From Somniosus microcephalus (Eukaryota): a stretch of DNA of 64,000 nt. Location: positions 147,498,001 to 147,562,000 of the forward strand of contig CM126211.1 in the NCBI GenBank assembly GCA_052327205.1. The letters are read 5' to 3'. The notes under the pieces were generated by a model, which was not told the origin of the DNA, did no database searches, and saw nothing but the letters and a program-made list of their open reading frames with translations. How positions within the stretch are numbered: the stretch's first letter is position 1; the number at the start of each line of letters is the position of its first letter. Of this stretch, positions 13,341 to 25,122 are shown piece after piece. The position numbers and the translations under genes are program-made.

Positions 13341-14776
13341 GTATGTATCATACTGAAAAAAAGTGATCATAACATTTTTTAGAGATATTTGGGATTCGTC
13401 TGTTAGCTCTGGACTTGGAATCTGGAGCAGAAAAATAATGTAGCTCTTTCAAATCTAAAAAAGGAAAAGAGAATTTTTAAAAAATAGTTACAAATATGCC
13501 TCACACACAGATTAGAGTAAAATTTATAGAACGATTTGAAACTTCCAGTGCCAGAATGAATCTTGTGTTCTAAATTGCAAATGGCCGTGTTAGTCTTGGT
13601 TTTAGCTCAGAGCTGCAGGCTAATTTCACTGATTCTGTGCTTCCAGTGGGGAGCCACGCTAAAAGAGCGCAGGTCAGAGAACCACTGCTACGGTGTTATG
13701 GCTTAATCTCCAACCCAAGCTTCCTTTGAGTACAGCTCCCCGATGAGAGTGCAGCATTGTTTATTGTTTTAAATATTATTTGAGCAAGTTTTTCTCTTGC
13801 CATGTGTAAGCATTTCACACTGACTTTACCTCAGTAAGAGTTAACTGTAGCCAGTCAGTGTTAATAACTTTTTACTCCAGATCTACACTACCTAAAGTTC
13901 TAAACACTAAACTTACCACTCAAAAATTGACTTTGTGAATTAACAGAAACAGCATATGATTTATTATTTTCTGCACTTCTCATTTCAAATTTAATAATAA
14001 CCCTTTAATAATACATACTATGCTGTAGAACTACTTAAGTCAATTGATTTAATAGTAACATGAAGTCTGCTTTGTTAAAGGAAAGGAAAATCACGGGAAA
14101 CACTCTTTGTTCAAAGTACTTCCACAGTCTTTATTGAAGCAAAATATATGCAATAATTATAAATGTCTCAACTGCCATTTTTTTTTCACTACAGCAACTG
14201 CCAGATTGGGTCTCCTTTGCTGCTAGGCTACTCCAGTAATATCACCAATTGCCCCCACTGAAAGCAATATGGGCCCCAATTTAAGATTAGCCTGAGAGCC
14301 AGTGTACAGCTAATCCAAAGCCGCTGGATCCATGGAAAGTACATGCAGAGTACTTTCTCAGTAGTATTGTTATTACAGATTGGGCAACTTTGGATCAGCT
14401 CTCAGCCACTCAAAAGTTATAGCTTCCATTGCTTTTAGTGGAGCTGCTCTGGATTAGTCCTTGATGGTGATACAGTAGTGTACTGGTTATGTTACTGGAT
14501 TAGTAATTCAAAGGCTTGGATTAATAATCCAGAGAACATGACTTCAAATGCCACCATGGCAGATTCAGAACTTGAATTCAGTTAACAAAAAATCTAGAAA
14601 TAAAAAAGCTGATATGATTTTAAAAAGTGATGATGAAGTTATCGGATTGTCGTAAAAACCCAACTGGTTCACTAATGTCCTTTAGGGAATGAAAACAGTC
14701 ATCCTTACAATAATAAAAAAAATGTTTTAGCGAGGGAGACACAATCTGGCAGGTCTCTGTGCAGGTTAGGCAATTA

Positions 14777-15453
14777 GGCCTAGAAATTCAGTGCCCTTAG
14801 CACCGATTTTGCGGCGCTAGAGGGCCTAGCGCTGCAATTGGCGCCGGTTCCTAAATTGCCTGGTGCCCTTCCGCGGCGGTAGACCGGTAGCGCTGCGCCG
14901 GCACCGATGACGTCATCGGTGTGCGCAGCGTCCCGGTTGCCGTGGTAACCCGGCCCCAAGCCGAAATTCAGTTGCGGCCGCCTCGCCAGTGGCAGCCGCA
15001 ACTAAGACTCCGGCAAACGAGTGTTGCCGGAGTCTGCGCCGGCGCTTTAAGGAGGCGCGGCGGCCGGCCGCTTTCCCGCCGGCCGCCTGCCCGCAGCTCC
15101 CTCCCCGGACTTCTCCCCCCCCCCCCCCCCCGGAACAGATGCAAGCCCGGCACTTGTCCGAGGTGCCGGGCTCATTTTTGATGAGATTTGCGCGGGCCGC
15201 AGCCGGGTGCAGGCAGCTCCTCCTTAACGGAAGGAGGAGGCCTGCACTTCCCGAGCCTGCCGCACCGCAGCGGGCGCCGCAGCGCCGCAATGCGGCGCGT
15301 TGCGCCAGTTTTCAGGCGCTAAAACCCTTCAGTAGCGCCGGCAGCCGTTTGGGCGCGGCGCTACTGAATTTTTGGCGCGCGCAAAGGGCTTTAGCGCCGG
15401 CGCTAACTTCCGGCGCTAAAGCCCTGGCGCAGCGCAAACTCAATTTCTAGGCC
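14777..15453. mobile_element. Non-autonomous Harbinger MITE (677 bp) with H1-type TIRs
   Basis: GGCCTAGAAATTCAGT ... ACTCAATTTCTAGGCC, perfect TTA TSD (14774-76, 15454-56); inverted relative of 44744-45448. Confidence 0.9.
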
Positions 15454-15631
15454 TTATAGTTTAATAAAACATCAATCAAGGTTTTCTACATTTATATTTC
15501 TTTGATTATGAAATAAAGAAACAAATTGAACAAAAAGTACTCTCCCTAGACTTACCTGGCACTTTGAGTTATATCATAAAAATACATCTGTTTTAAAGGA
15601 AAGTTGATGTATCTGTGCATAATAAGAGTAA

Positions 15632-15928
<297 letters not shown>

Positions 15929-16904
15929 TAGATATTGCCAGTGAAATCATAAACAAATTATTTTAGAACACTTTTTATGAATTTGCTGGAAATACTGAAC
16001 ATAGGAAACTTCTCACTATGTTCACAATATCGCTAACACAAAGAGACCAGAGGAAATTCCTGTGTGGTGATTCATTATAAACTAATCATCAATAATATTG
16101 AAATTGTTAGTAACATGGGGTACAAATAACCAAATATCTATATTTACATTTGAAAAGAGTAACATTTTATACTAGAAGAGTAAAGAATGTTGTTTTTGCA
16201 ATGAGAGTAACAGCAAAACCATTCTGTCATTCAGCAATATAGCAGATACACTGACATAAAACTGAAAGTTAGAGGTACCTAACATACAGTTAGTTGCACA
16301 ATAAACAGCAAGGTGTGTGTCCTGTCCGTTGACGTTTAAGGACACCCAATTAATGTTGCTTTGTTTCTTCAAGGTTGCTTATCAGCAAAAGTAGCCTGGA
16401 GAAATTGGTCAAATTAGGCAGAGCACCAGAAGAAAATAGTCATAATAAATGCATTTTAGTAACATGTTAATTAGAATATTTTCTAGAGTTTTTCTTTTTA
16501 GCTTTACTCCCTTCTTTCCTCACAGACTACTTGCTGGTACCAGTGCAGAGGGCAGCGTGGTCTGCACTGTGGAATGCTACTCACACTTAGTTAGCCGACC
16601 ATTCCCAGCCTTCACAAAAAAGAGGACGTGTTCCTTCTGCTTTACCTTCCATATCTTGCTTGACCGTGAACTGATGGAAGTTGTCCAAATGAGACCATAA
16701 TTTGAGTGATAGGTAGCCCTGGGATAAAAATGCTTGGCTTCTGGCTAGAAAACAAGCAATGAATCACTTGAATTGCTGGGATAAGTTATGAGTTGTACAA
16801 CAGTTACAAAATACCCAATAAGATATATTTATATTTCAGGTACATTCAGTTTTGTTTTCATTAGATTTTCATTTTACTGATTTATCCCCCTAAAATCACT
16901 ACAG

Positions 16905-16989
16905 CTATGCAGAGGTTCGAGCACAGCGTCGACAAGATATCAGTTTGGATGATACCTCTGCAGAGGTTATTGGTTCTTCAATGCTTAAG
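16905..16989 (+). CDS. NPAS2: NPAS2 exon: YAEVRAQRRQDISLDDTSAEVIGSSMLK
   Basis: acag|C acceptor, gtaata donor, 85 nt. Confidence 0.9.
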
Positions 16990-17207
16990 GTAATAAGAAA
17001 GATGATACACTTCACAATTTTGGTAATCTGCTTTATATACTTGTCATTGTGAAATATTCTGTACATCTTTATTAATGCTAATATTAAATCCATTTAATAT
17101 TATTTGTGAATATATTGAAAACAATCGCTACTACCATTGCAGATGGCATAATGAAACAATAATTTGTTCACACCTGTGATACATTCTAATGTTCTTATTC
17201 TGTACAG

Positions 17208-17337
17208 GGACATGACTCGAGACTTGCTACTCAACAGCACGTTAAAACATTTGAAGTGCTCCCTGGCAGCCCGTCACCTTCTTCATCATCTCGCAGCTCA
17301 CGCAAATCATCTCATACCTCATTGTCAGAATCTGCAT
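17208..17337 (+). CDS. NPAS2: NPAS2 exon: GHDSRLATQQHVKTFEVLPGSPSPSSSSRSSRKSSHTSLSESA
   Basis: tacag|GG acceptor, gtaggt donor, 130 nt; conserved SSRSSRKSSHT motif. Confidence 0.9.
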
Positions 17338-17612
17338 GTAGGTGGTTTTTTTATTCACTGTTACTTTGAGAACCTTACGGGGTAATTTTTCCATTTTGCT
17401 ACATTGATTGTCAACACCAGTAGAAATCTGTAATTAAAAATGTACAATATGCTTCATATAGGTGATTTTGATATTTTTCTGATATTGATTTTTCCATTAA
17501 TTATTTAATATGCATAACCAAAATATTAATCTAGTCCTGCATATTTAGAAATTGCGGCTGTGTTTTGTGAACATATGCATAATTTATACCTGGTGTCTAA
17601 TTTCTTTCTCAG

Positions 17613-17719
17613 CAAACCAAAGCAAACTACTCTCAGAGTCTAATGCTCCATCCTTGCAGACGGCACCGGCAGTGCAGCAAGATATAGGAATGCAGCAACA
17701 TACACCTGCCACCAACCAG
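17613..17719 (+). CDS. NPAS2: NPAS2 exon: NQSKLLSESNAPSLQTAPAVQQDIGMQQHTPATNQ
   Basis: ctcag|CA acceptor, gtgagg donor, 107 nt, phase 1-0 consistent with neighbours. Confidence 0.8.
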
Positions 17720-18047
17720 GTGAGGATTTGCCATAATTTAGCAACACAGCTTGCTGATGAATTACTGGTATTAGAAAACTTAAAAGAAAATCTTTTTAAT
17801 TAATTAAAAATCCATTGCCACGAGAAGATAATCCTTGAAATCACTAAATTGAAATTGCTGGAGTGATAGAAGGAGAATTTGTTCAATATAGTGCTCTTTT
17901 ATGACAAACAGATGCTGAATGTATGGCCAAAAAGGTGTGGCTGCTACCAAGCTCCCATAAGGCTTTTATTAGACACTAGAGAGTTTCCTAAACTGCCATG
18001 AATTGTAGGAGACTTTAGATTGAGCATACTTCACCCTTGTCTAACTT

Positions 18048-20456
18048 CATAAGAACAACATAAGAAATAGGAGCAGGAGTAGGCCAATCGGCCCCTCAAG
18101 CCTGCTCCACCATTCAATAAGATCATGGCTGATCTGATCCTAACCTCAAATCTTCTATCACTCCATCCCACCCGAACCCATGTGATCTCCCGGGAGAGGC
18201 GAAAAACCAAATAAAAAACCCAATGGCCAATTTGGGAGAAAAAATCTGGGAAATTCCTCTCCGACCCATCTAGGCGATCGAAACTCGTCCAGGAGATCAC
18301 TCTGTCCCTATATTTTCTACAGTACTTACCTTCTGTAAAGGCGATCTCCACCCCAGCCAGGAACAGGAATAAAACCATCTCCTGAAATCTAACACAGAAT
18401 TAGAACACAAGAAGTAGGAACAGAACCAGGCTACATGGCCCCTGGGCCCGCTCCACTACCCACAGGACCATGACCATTCCGAACCTAGACTCATGTCCAA
18501 TTTCCTGCCCGCTCCCCGTAACCCTTAATTCCCTTTACTTCTAGGAAACTATCTATTTCTGTTTTAAATTTATTTAATGATGTAGCTTCCACAGCTTTCT
18601 GGGGCAGCAAATTCCACAAACCTACCACCCTCTGAGTGAAGAAGTTTCTCCTCATCTCAGTTTTGAAAGAGCAGCCCCTTATTCTAAGATTATGCCCCCT
18701 AGTTCTAGTTTCACCCATCATTGGGAACATCCTCACCGCATCCACCCGATCAAGCCCCTTCACAATCTTATATGTTTCAATAAGATCGCCTCTCATTCTT
18801 CTGAACTCCAATGAGTAGAGTCCCAATCTACTCAACCTCTCCTCATATGACCACCCCCTCATCCCCGGGATTAACCGAGTGAACCTTCTTTGTACTGACT
18901 CGAGAGCAAGTATGTCTTTTCTTAAGTATGGACACCAAAACTGTATGCAGTATTCCAGGTGCGGTCTCACCAATACCTTGTACAACTGCAGCAATACCTC
19001 CCTGTTTTTATATTCCATCCCCCTAGCAATAAAAGCCAACATTCCATTGGCCTTCTTGATCACTTGCTGCACCTGCATACTAACTTTTTGAGTTTCGTGC
19101 ACCAGGACCCCAGATCCCTTTGTACTACAGTACTTTCCAGTTTCTTGCCATTAAGATAATAACTTGCTCTATGATTTTTCCTGCCAAAGTGCATAACCTC
19201 ACACTTTCCAGTATTGTATTCCATCTGCCAAATCTCTGCCCACTTACTTAGCCTGTCTATGTCACTTTGCAGGTTTTTTATGTCCTCCTCACTCACTACT
19301 TTCCCTCCCATCTTTGTATCATCTGCAAACTTTGATATGTTACACTCGGTCCCCTCCTCCAAATCGTTAATATAGATTGTAAAGAGTTGGGGACCCAGCA
19401 CTGACCCCTGCGGAACACCACTAGTTACTGATTGCCAGTCTGAGAATGAACCATTTATCCCAACTCTCTGCTTTCTGTTAGAGAGCCAATCCTCCACCTA
19501 CGCCAGAATATTACCCCCAATCCCGTGATTTTTTATCTTGAGCAATAATCTTTTGTGTGGCACCTTGTCAAATGCCTTTTGGAAGTCTAAATACACTACG
19601 ACCACTGGTTCTGCTTTATCCACCCTGTATGTTACTTCCTCAAAGAACTCAAGCAAATTTGTCAAACATGACTTCCCCTTCATGAAACCATGCTGACTTT
19701 GTCCTATTAAATTATGTTTATCCAAATGTCCTGTTACTGTCTCCTTAATAATGGACTCTAACATTTTACCAACCACAGATGTTAGGCTAACAGGTCTATA
19801 GTTTCCAGCCTTCTGCCTACTACCCTTTTTAAATAAGGGTGTTACATTAGCAGTTTTCCAATCTGCCGGGACCTTTGCTGAGTCCAGGGAGTTTTGGAAA
19901 ATTATTACCAATGCATCCATAATCCCTACCGCCACTTCTCTCAAGACCCTAGGATGTAAGCCATCAGGTCCAGGGGATTTATCCGGCTTGAGTCCCATTA
20001 TTTTACCAAGTACCACTTCCTTAGTGATTTTAATCGTATTTAGCTCCTCTCCCCCTAGAGCCCCCTGTTTGTCCAGTGTTGGGATATTCTTAGTGTCCTC
20101 TACCGTAAAGACTGATACAAAATATTTGTTCAGCGTTTTTGCCATCTCCATGTTTCCCACCATTAATTTCCCGGTCTCATCCTCTAAGGGACCAACATTT
20201 ACTTTAGCCACCCTTTTTCTTTTTATATAACTATAGAAACTTTTGCTATCTATTTTTATATTTTTTGCTAATTTACTTTCATAATCTGTCTTCCCTTTCT
20301 TAATCAATCTTTTAGTTATTTTTTGCTGTCTTTTAAAGACTTCCCAATCTTCTATCCTCCCACTAGATTTGGCTACCTTATATGCCCTTGTTTTTAGTCA
20401 GATACTATCCTTAATTACTTTACTTAGCCACTGATGGCTATCTTTTCTTTTACATC
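18048..20456 (-). mobile_element. CR1 LINE, 5'-truncated, RT ORF broken by a stop (~19498) and a frameshift (~19105)
   Basis: SPGPDG, NYRPVSLTS, SGVPQGSVLGP, FADD, RTRGH and FFTQRVV motifs; TTCTTATG-type tail. Confidence 0.95.
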
Positions 20457-21043
20457 CTGATACTTTTGTAGTTTATAGCCTATTAAGAAGCTCACTCTCT
20501 CACTACTGAGCACAGTAATACAGGTGCATGTTTAAGAACATTGGCCTAGAAATTCAGTTGGTTGCGCCAGCCGTTAGTGCCTTAAGAGAAGTGAATTTCG
20601 GGCGCTATGTGTGTAGCGTCCGGGCGCAGCGCGATCTGCGCCTCGCCCCAAATTAAGTAGACATTTAGCGCCGGCGCAAAGTCTTAGCGCGCGCTCACCT
20701 GCGCGCGCAGAAAATGACGTCATATCCTCGTGCAACGCCCTTTGCGCGCCCCGATCCAGAACTTCAGTGGGACCGCCCCATTGTGCGGCCGGTGGCCCGA
20801 ACGCTTGTTTAGTGGAACGCAACAGAGCCGACGCGGGCCCCGGGGAGCGCAAATTAAAGGGCACTTACCCTGCACTATAAAGGGCAGCCATTTTGCGGCA
20901 AACACTCTTGTGCAACGGATTTCTGGAGAGAGACCAAGGAAGAGAGCTTTCTGGTTTGGGCCAACACTAGCTCAGGTATTTTTGGCTTCAGGCCAGAGCG
21001 TTGCAAGTGGCCTCTTGGATATTTGACTGTTTGGCAGCATATT

Positions 21044-22183
21044 ATGGGGGCTGCATGGGGTGCCAACGCTGAGTTTCAGCGTCATGTCCATAGGGCTCGC
21101 AGACGCGGGGTGAGAGGGGCAGCCCTGGCTAGACGCAGAGGGGGCAACAGGCGTCGGCAACATAGGCCTTACCCAGTCAGGGCATACCGCCAGCAGCGCT
21201 CCTACCTCAACATGAGTGGCGCGCGATGTGTAAAAAGGCTGAGATTCCGAAAGGAGGTGGTTGCAGAGATCTGCCATCTGCTTCGCAGAGATCTGCGTCC
21301 AAAGCTCAGGAGCAGGACGTCTCTGTCGGTGGACGCGAAGGTGACGGTGGCCTTGAACTTCTATGCCACCGGCTCCTTCCAATCCGCTGCTGGGGACATT
21401 GCTAACATATCCCAGCTCGCCGTGCATTGCTGCATCCGCCAGGTGACCAATGCCCTTTTCAGAAGGAGACGCCAATTCATCTCCTTCCCCATGGCCCTGG
21501 AGAGGCAGCATCAGCGTGCACTGGGATTTGCAAGATTCGCGGCCTTCCCCTTGGTGCAGGGCGCCATTGACTGTACGCATGTGGCTTTGCGGGCACCTGT
21601 GGAGCATGCCGAGGATTACCGCAACCGGAAGGGCTACCATTCCCTCAATGTGCAGCTGGTGTGTGACCACAAGCAGCGCATCCTAGCTGTCAATGCCCGC
21701 TTTCCAGGCAGCAGCCACGATGCCTTTGTCCTGCGGCAGACAACTGTGCGTGACATGTTCGAGGCACAGCCTCCCCCAAGAGGATGGCTTCTCGGGGACA
21801 AAGGCTATCCTTTGTGTACCTGGCTCATGACATCGCTCCGCGCGCCCAGGACCCCTGCTGAAGAGGCATACAACGAGAGTCATCAAGCGAGCAGGAACAT
21901 AATCGAGCAAACAATTGGCGTCCTCAAGCAGCGGTTCCGCTGCCTGGATCGTTCCGGCGGATCTCTGCAGTATTCGCTGGACCGAGTCTCCCAATTCGTC
22001 GTTGTTTGCTGCATGCTGCACAACCTGGCTCTCCGCAGGACTCAGGCACTGCCACCTCACGTTGGACCACCACCTCAGGAGGAGGAGCAGGAGGAGGAGC
22101 AGGAGGAGGAGGAGTACCATCCCAGGAGGGAGCGAGAAGGTCCAAGGGCCGTCCGTCGGCGGCTTATTGAACGTCACTTCTAA
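21044..22183 (+). CDS. Harbinger DDE transposase (HARBI1-like, 379 aa from ATG), intact
   Basis: [50 protein letters not shown] and CCMLHN motifs. Confidence 0.93.
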   Translation: MGAAWGANAEFQRHVHRARRRGVRGAALARRRGGNRRRQHRPYPVRAYRQQRSYLNMSGARCVKRLRFRKEVVAEICHLLRRDLRPKLRSRTSLSVDAKVTVALNFYATGSFQSAAGDIANISQLAVHCCIRQVTNALFRRRRQFISFPMALERQHQRALGFARFAAFPLVQGAIDCTHVALRAPVEHAEDYRNRKGYHSLNVQLVCDHKQRILAVNARFPGSSHDAFVLRQTTVRDMFEAQPPPRGWLLGDKGYPLCTWLMTSLRAPRTPAEEAYNESHQASRNIIEQTIGVLKQRFRCLDRSGGSLQYSLDRVSQFVVVCCMLHNLALRRTQALPPHVGPPPQEEEQEEEQEEEEYHPRREREGPRAVRRRLIERHF

Positions 22184-22546
22184 GCCCCCTGTCAGGGAAT
22201 GCCTTGTGGCCATAAAGGAACATGAACGCAGCCGCTCCGCAAGCCCTCAGCCGGCGAAGGCAACAAACACTTACAACAACAAACATGGACACTCTATGAA
22301 TAAAGAGAAATCTTTATTTTAGACAAATGAAACCCCTTCCCACATGAAACCCAGATACATTCAACGGCCCCAAAAAACAGTACATCAAATGACTCACTCC
22401 CACAACCTGGGGAGGAATAACTGAACATTTGGACAAAAATGGCCTTCATCCTCGGCCTTAACCCAAAAAACATCCCCAGAAACAAAACAACCATCCCCAA
22501 AAGAAACATAGGCATCGCCATATAAAATAACACTTGGCCACACCGT

Positions 22547-24480
22547 CTACTTATTGGGCCGCGAGGCCGAGACCTTGTCGAGCCTTTTGGGGCCCCTGCC
22601 CGGCCTGCTGCTCCTCTGCAAGCTCTGCCCAGTGGCTGCTGCGAGGCTGGGGGAAGGCTCCTGAGGGTCAGATGTCCTTCCGGCAGATGCCCTTGGGGGG
22701 CGGCCTAGACGGGGTTTGGCCCTCGAGGGGCCGGCTGGTGATTGGCGCAGCTGTGCCTGGCCAACATCATTCGCAGCCGCTTGCCGTTGAGGCTCCACTG
22801 GGGGAGTGGCGGTGACGGCTGGAGGAATGTGTGCAATCTGGCGGATGGGAGGCGCTGGCTGGTGATGTGGCACTCTGGCACTCGCCCGGGCCCGCACTGC
22901 AGCATGCGCACCAATCTGCCGAAGGGCAGCCCGCTGTGCTGCTGCAGCGCGGCGGGTGTCCAGGCGATGCCTGGCTGACGCAGCGCGTGTGGCAGCAGTG
23001 AGTGCCCCTGTTGCCCTGGTCTGCGACCGCAACAGAGCAGCCACTGTCTGGACGGCATCACTGATCAGCCGGCCACTCGCGGCATGTGAGGCCCCGAACT
23101 CGCGCACACTACTAGCCAGGGACTCGATCGCCTCAGGCATCCGTGCCACTACCCCCATCAGCTCGGTGTGCCGGCGATCCGAATCCTGGGCCATTTGATC
23201 GAGGTGGCGCGCCTCCTCTGAGTTGAACGTGTCCGGACTGGAGTCCGGACTCGCCCGCTGGGGAGCAGGGGGCCGAGCTGGCCAACCCTTGCCACGTTGC
23301 CGGCGGCGACTGGGCCCAGCAACTGCACTCCCCTCCGATCCTTCCCCCCTCTGGGGGGAGGGCCGCGGACCAACCGCAGCCCTCCTGGGTTGCTGGACGC
23401 CACTGGTCCCAGCAGCTCCACTCCCCTCCGACACTTCCTCCAGGCTCTCCTCCAGGGAAGACGTGTTCACTACTTCAGCATCTGCAGCCGGACCTGAGTG
23501 CTGCCCTGATGGTCCGCCTTCCTCTTCCTCCTCCTCCTCCTCCTCTTCGGAGGGGCTGTCACTGGCAGCTTCAGGGAGCTCCTCGTCACCAGCTGAAAGC
23601 AGGAAGGCACAAGAGTAGCTTTAGAGTGAGGAGAGGGCGTCAGCGAGGGAGGCATGACTGGTGGCATTCAGCGCATTGGTCGGACAGTGGCAAAGGAGGT
23701 AGATCGGATGCGCAAGTGCGACGAGAGAGGTCCAAAAGGTGATGTCCTTACCATTGTGGCCCAGAAGAGGGTCGGCATCTCCACAGGCGACGGGCCCAAT
23801 CACCCGGGCTCCCATGAAGCGACTCACGCGCTCCTCCAGGGGAGTGAGTTCCTGGATCTGGGGGCGGCCTCCCCCGGTCTCCTCCTGGTGCCTTCAGTTG
23901 TTTGCAAGTTTTGCCTGCAAGAGAAAGGACGGCCTGTAAGTACGGTGTGTAGCCCTGATGTGGTGTGCACTGCCTCCCATGGTGGAATAGCTTGGCCAGT
24001 GTGTAGCCCTGATGTGGTGTGCACTGCCTCCCATGGTGGAATAGCTTGGCCAGTGTGTAGCCCTGATGTGGTGTGCACTGCCTCCCATGGTGTAAAGTGC
24101 AGAATGTGCAATTGATGTTCATGACTGTCCCATAGCTGCTGGCTGAGGGCTGGCCATTAGGGCTTTCAGGTCCCTTTGCCCATCATGTCAGGTGTACATG
24201 CAAGGATGAGGAGGAGACTGGAAAGGGCACTCACCCTGACAATCCTGGTCAGGTCATTAAACTTCTTCCGGCATTGGACATTGTCCCTGGGGGCATCGCC
24301 GGTGGCCGACACCCTGCGGGCGACCTCCCTCCAGGCTTTCCTATAGACGCTGGTGGGAGGCTTCCTGCCAGTGTCCGGGAACAAGATGTGCTGTCTCTTC
24401 TCCAAGGCCGTCACCATCACCTTCAAGTCATGGGCTGAGAAGCGCAGGGCACGCTCACGGGCCTTCTGTACCGTTGCCAT
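22547..24480 (-). pseudogene. H1 Myb/SANT-like partner gene, exons 24480-24235, 23914-23752, 23592-22547, with premature TGA in exon 2
   Basis: RFS..DL..MV..LE..AW.EVA..R..QCRKKFNDL Myb/SANT signature; GT-AG introns in phases 0 and 1; TGA at 23896-23894. Confidence 0.85.
23945..24092. repeat. ~2.7 tandem copies of a 54-bp unit in Myb-gene intron 1
   Basis: GTGTGTAGCCCTGATGTGGTGTGCACTGCCTCCCATGGTGGAATAGCTTGGCCA repeated essentially perfectly. Confidence 0.95.
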
Positions 24481-25122
24481 GGCTCCTTCTGCTCACCAGC
24501 AGTGTTCAGGCCTAGCTGGAAGGCTGCAGTGTGCAGGCCGTTGCAGCAGACCAAGTCGACCCTTCCGCCTTTAAGAGCTGGCCGGCGCCACGGTGTCTGC
24601 TGTCAATCAAGAAATGACCGCACCTGCGCTGCGCCCGGCCTCGGCGCTATCCCTCAGCACCGCCGGCTTAGCGCCTAAAGATAGTCGTGCATCGCCAGTT
24701 TTAGCGCTCCAGCAACCTCTTAGGGCGAAGCTACTGAATATCGGCGAAGTGCCCTCGACTTTGCGCCGGGCGCAAACTTTAGCGCCCACCCGACTTTACC
24801 GCCCCAAAACTGGCTATACTGAATTTCTAAGCCATTATACTCTAGATTGTGACTTACAGATTCATGGAGCTCTGCACCCTTGCCACTAACTCCATTCTCC
24901 TCCCTAGCTACTGTCTCAGGCTGAACCCGACTGTTTGCCATCTCAATTTCTTATTTGACCACAAGCTGATTTTCCAACCCCGTGGCGTTGATTTTCATCT
25001 TCACTGCCAGGCCAGTAGAGCGGATTGCCCACCTGTTGTAGAAACCACCCAGTTTTCATTGCACAATTTCAGATTACCACCCAGGCAGTGAAACTGAAAA
25101 TCTACCCACATATCTTTTTAAG

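Larger units (their letters stand above)
20543..24833 (+). mobile_element. PIF/Harbinger transposon H1 (4.29 kb) with convergent transposase and Myb/SANT genes
   Basis: TIRs GGCCTAGAAATTCAGT / ACTGAATTTCTAAGCC, ATT TSD (20540-42, 24834-36). Confidence 0.95.

Noticed and set aside
21044-22183. Domesticated host HARBI1 or NAIF1 genes
   Set aside because: The ORFs sit within TIRs and TSDs and occur in several diverged copies, so they are transposon genes.
23950-23990. Hammerhead ribozyme or C/D snoRNA in the 54-bp unit
   Set aside because: CTGATGTG is not the CUGAUGA core, and no properly placed GAAA, stems or complete C/D boxes were seen.
23654-24115. Antisense protein-coding gene explaining the intron conservation
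   Set aside because: The frame is broken differently in H1 and H2 (stops at 24115 and 40081), and intron mismatches lack third-position bias.
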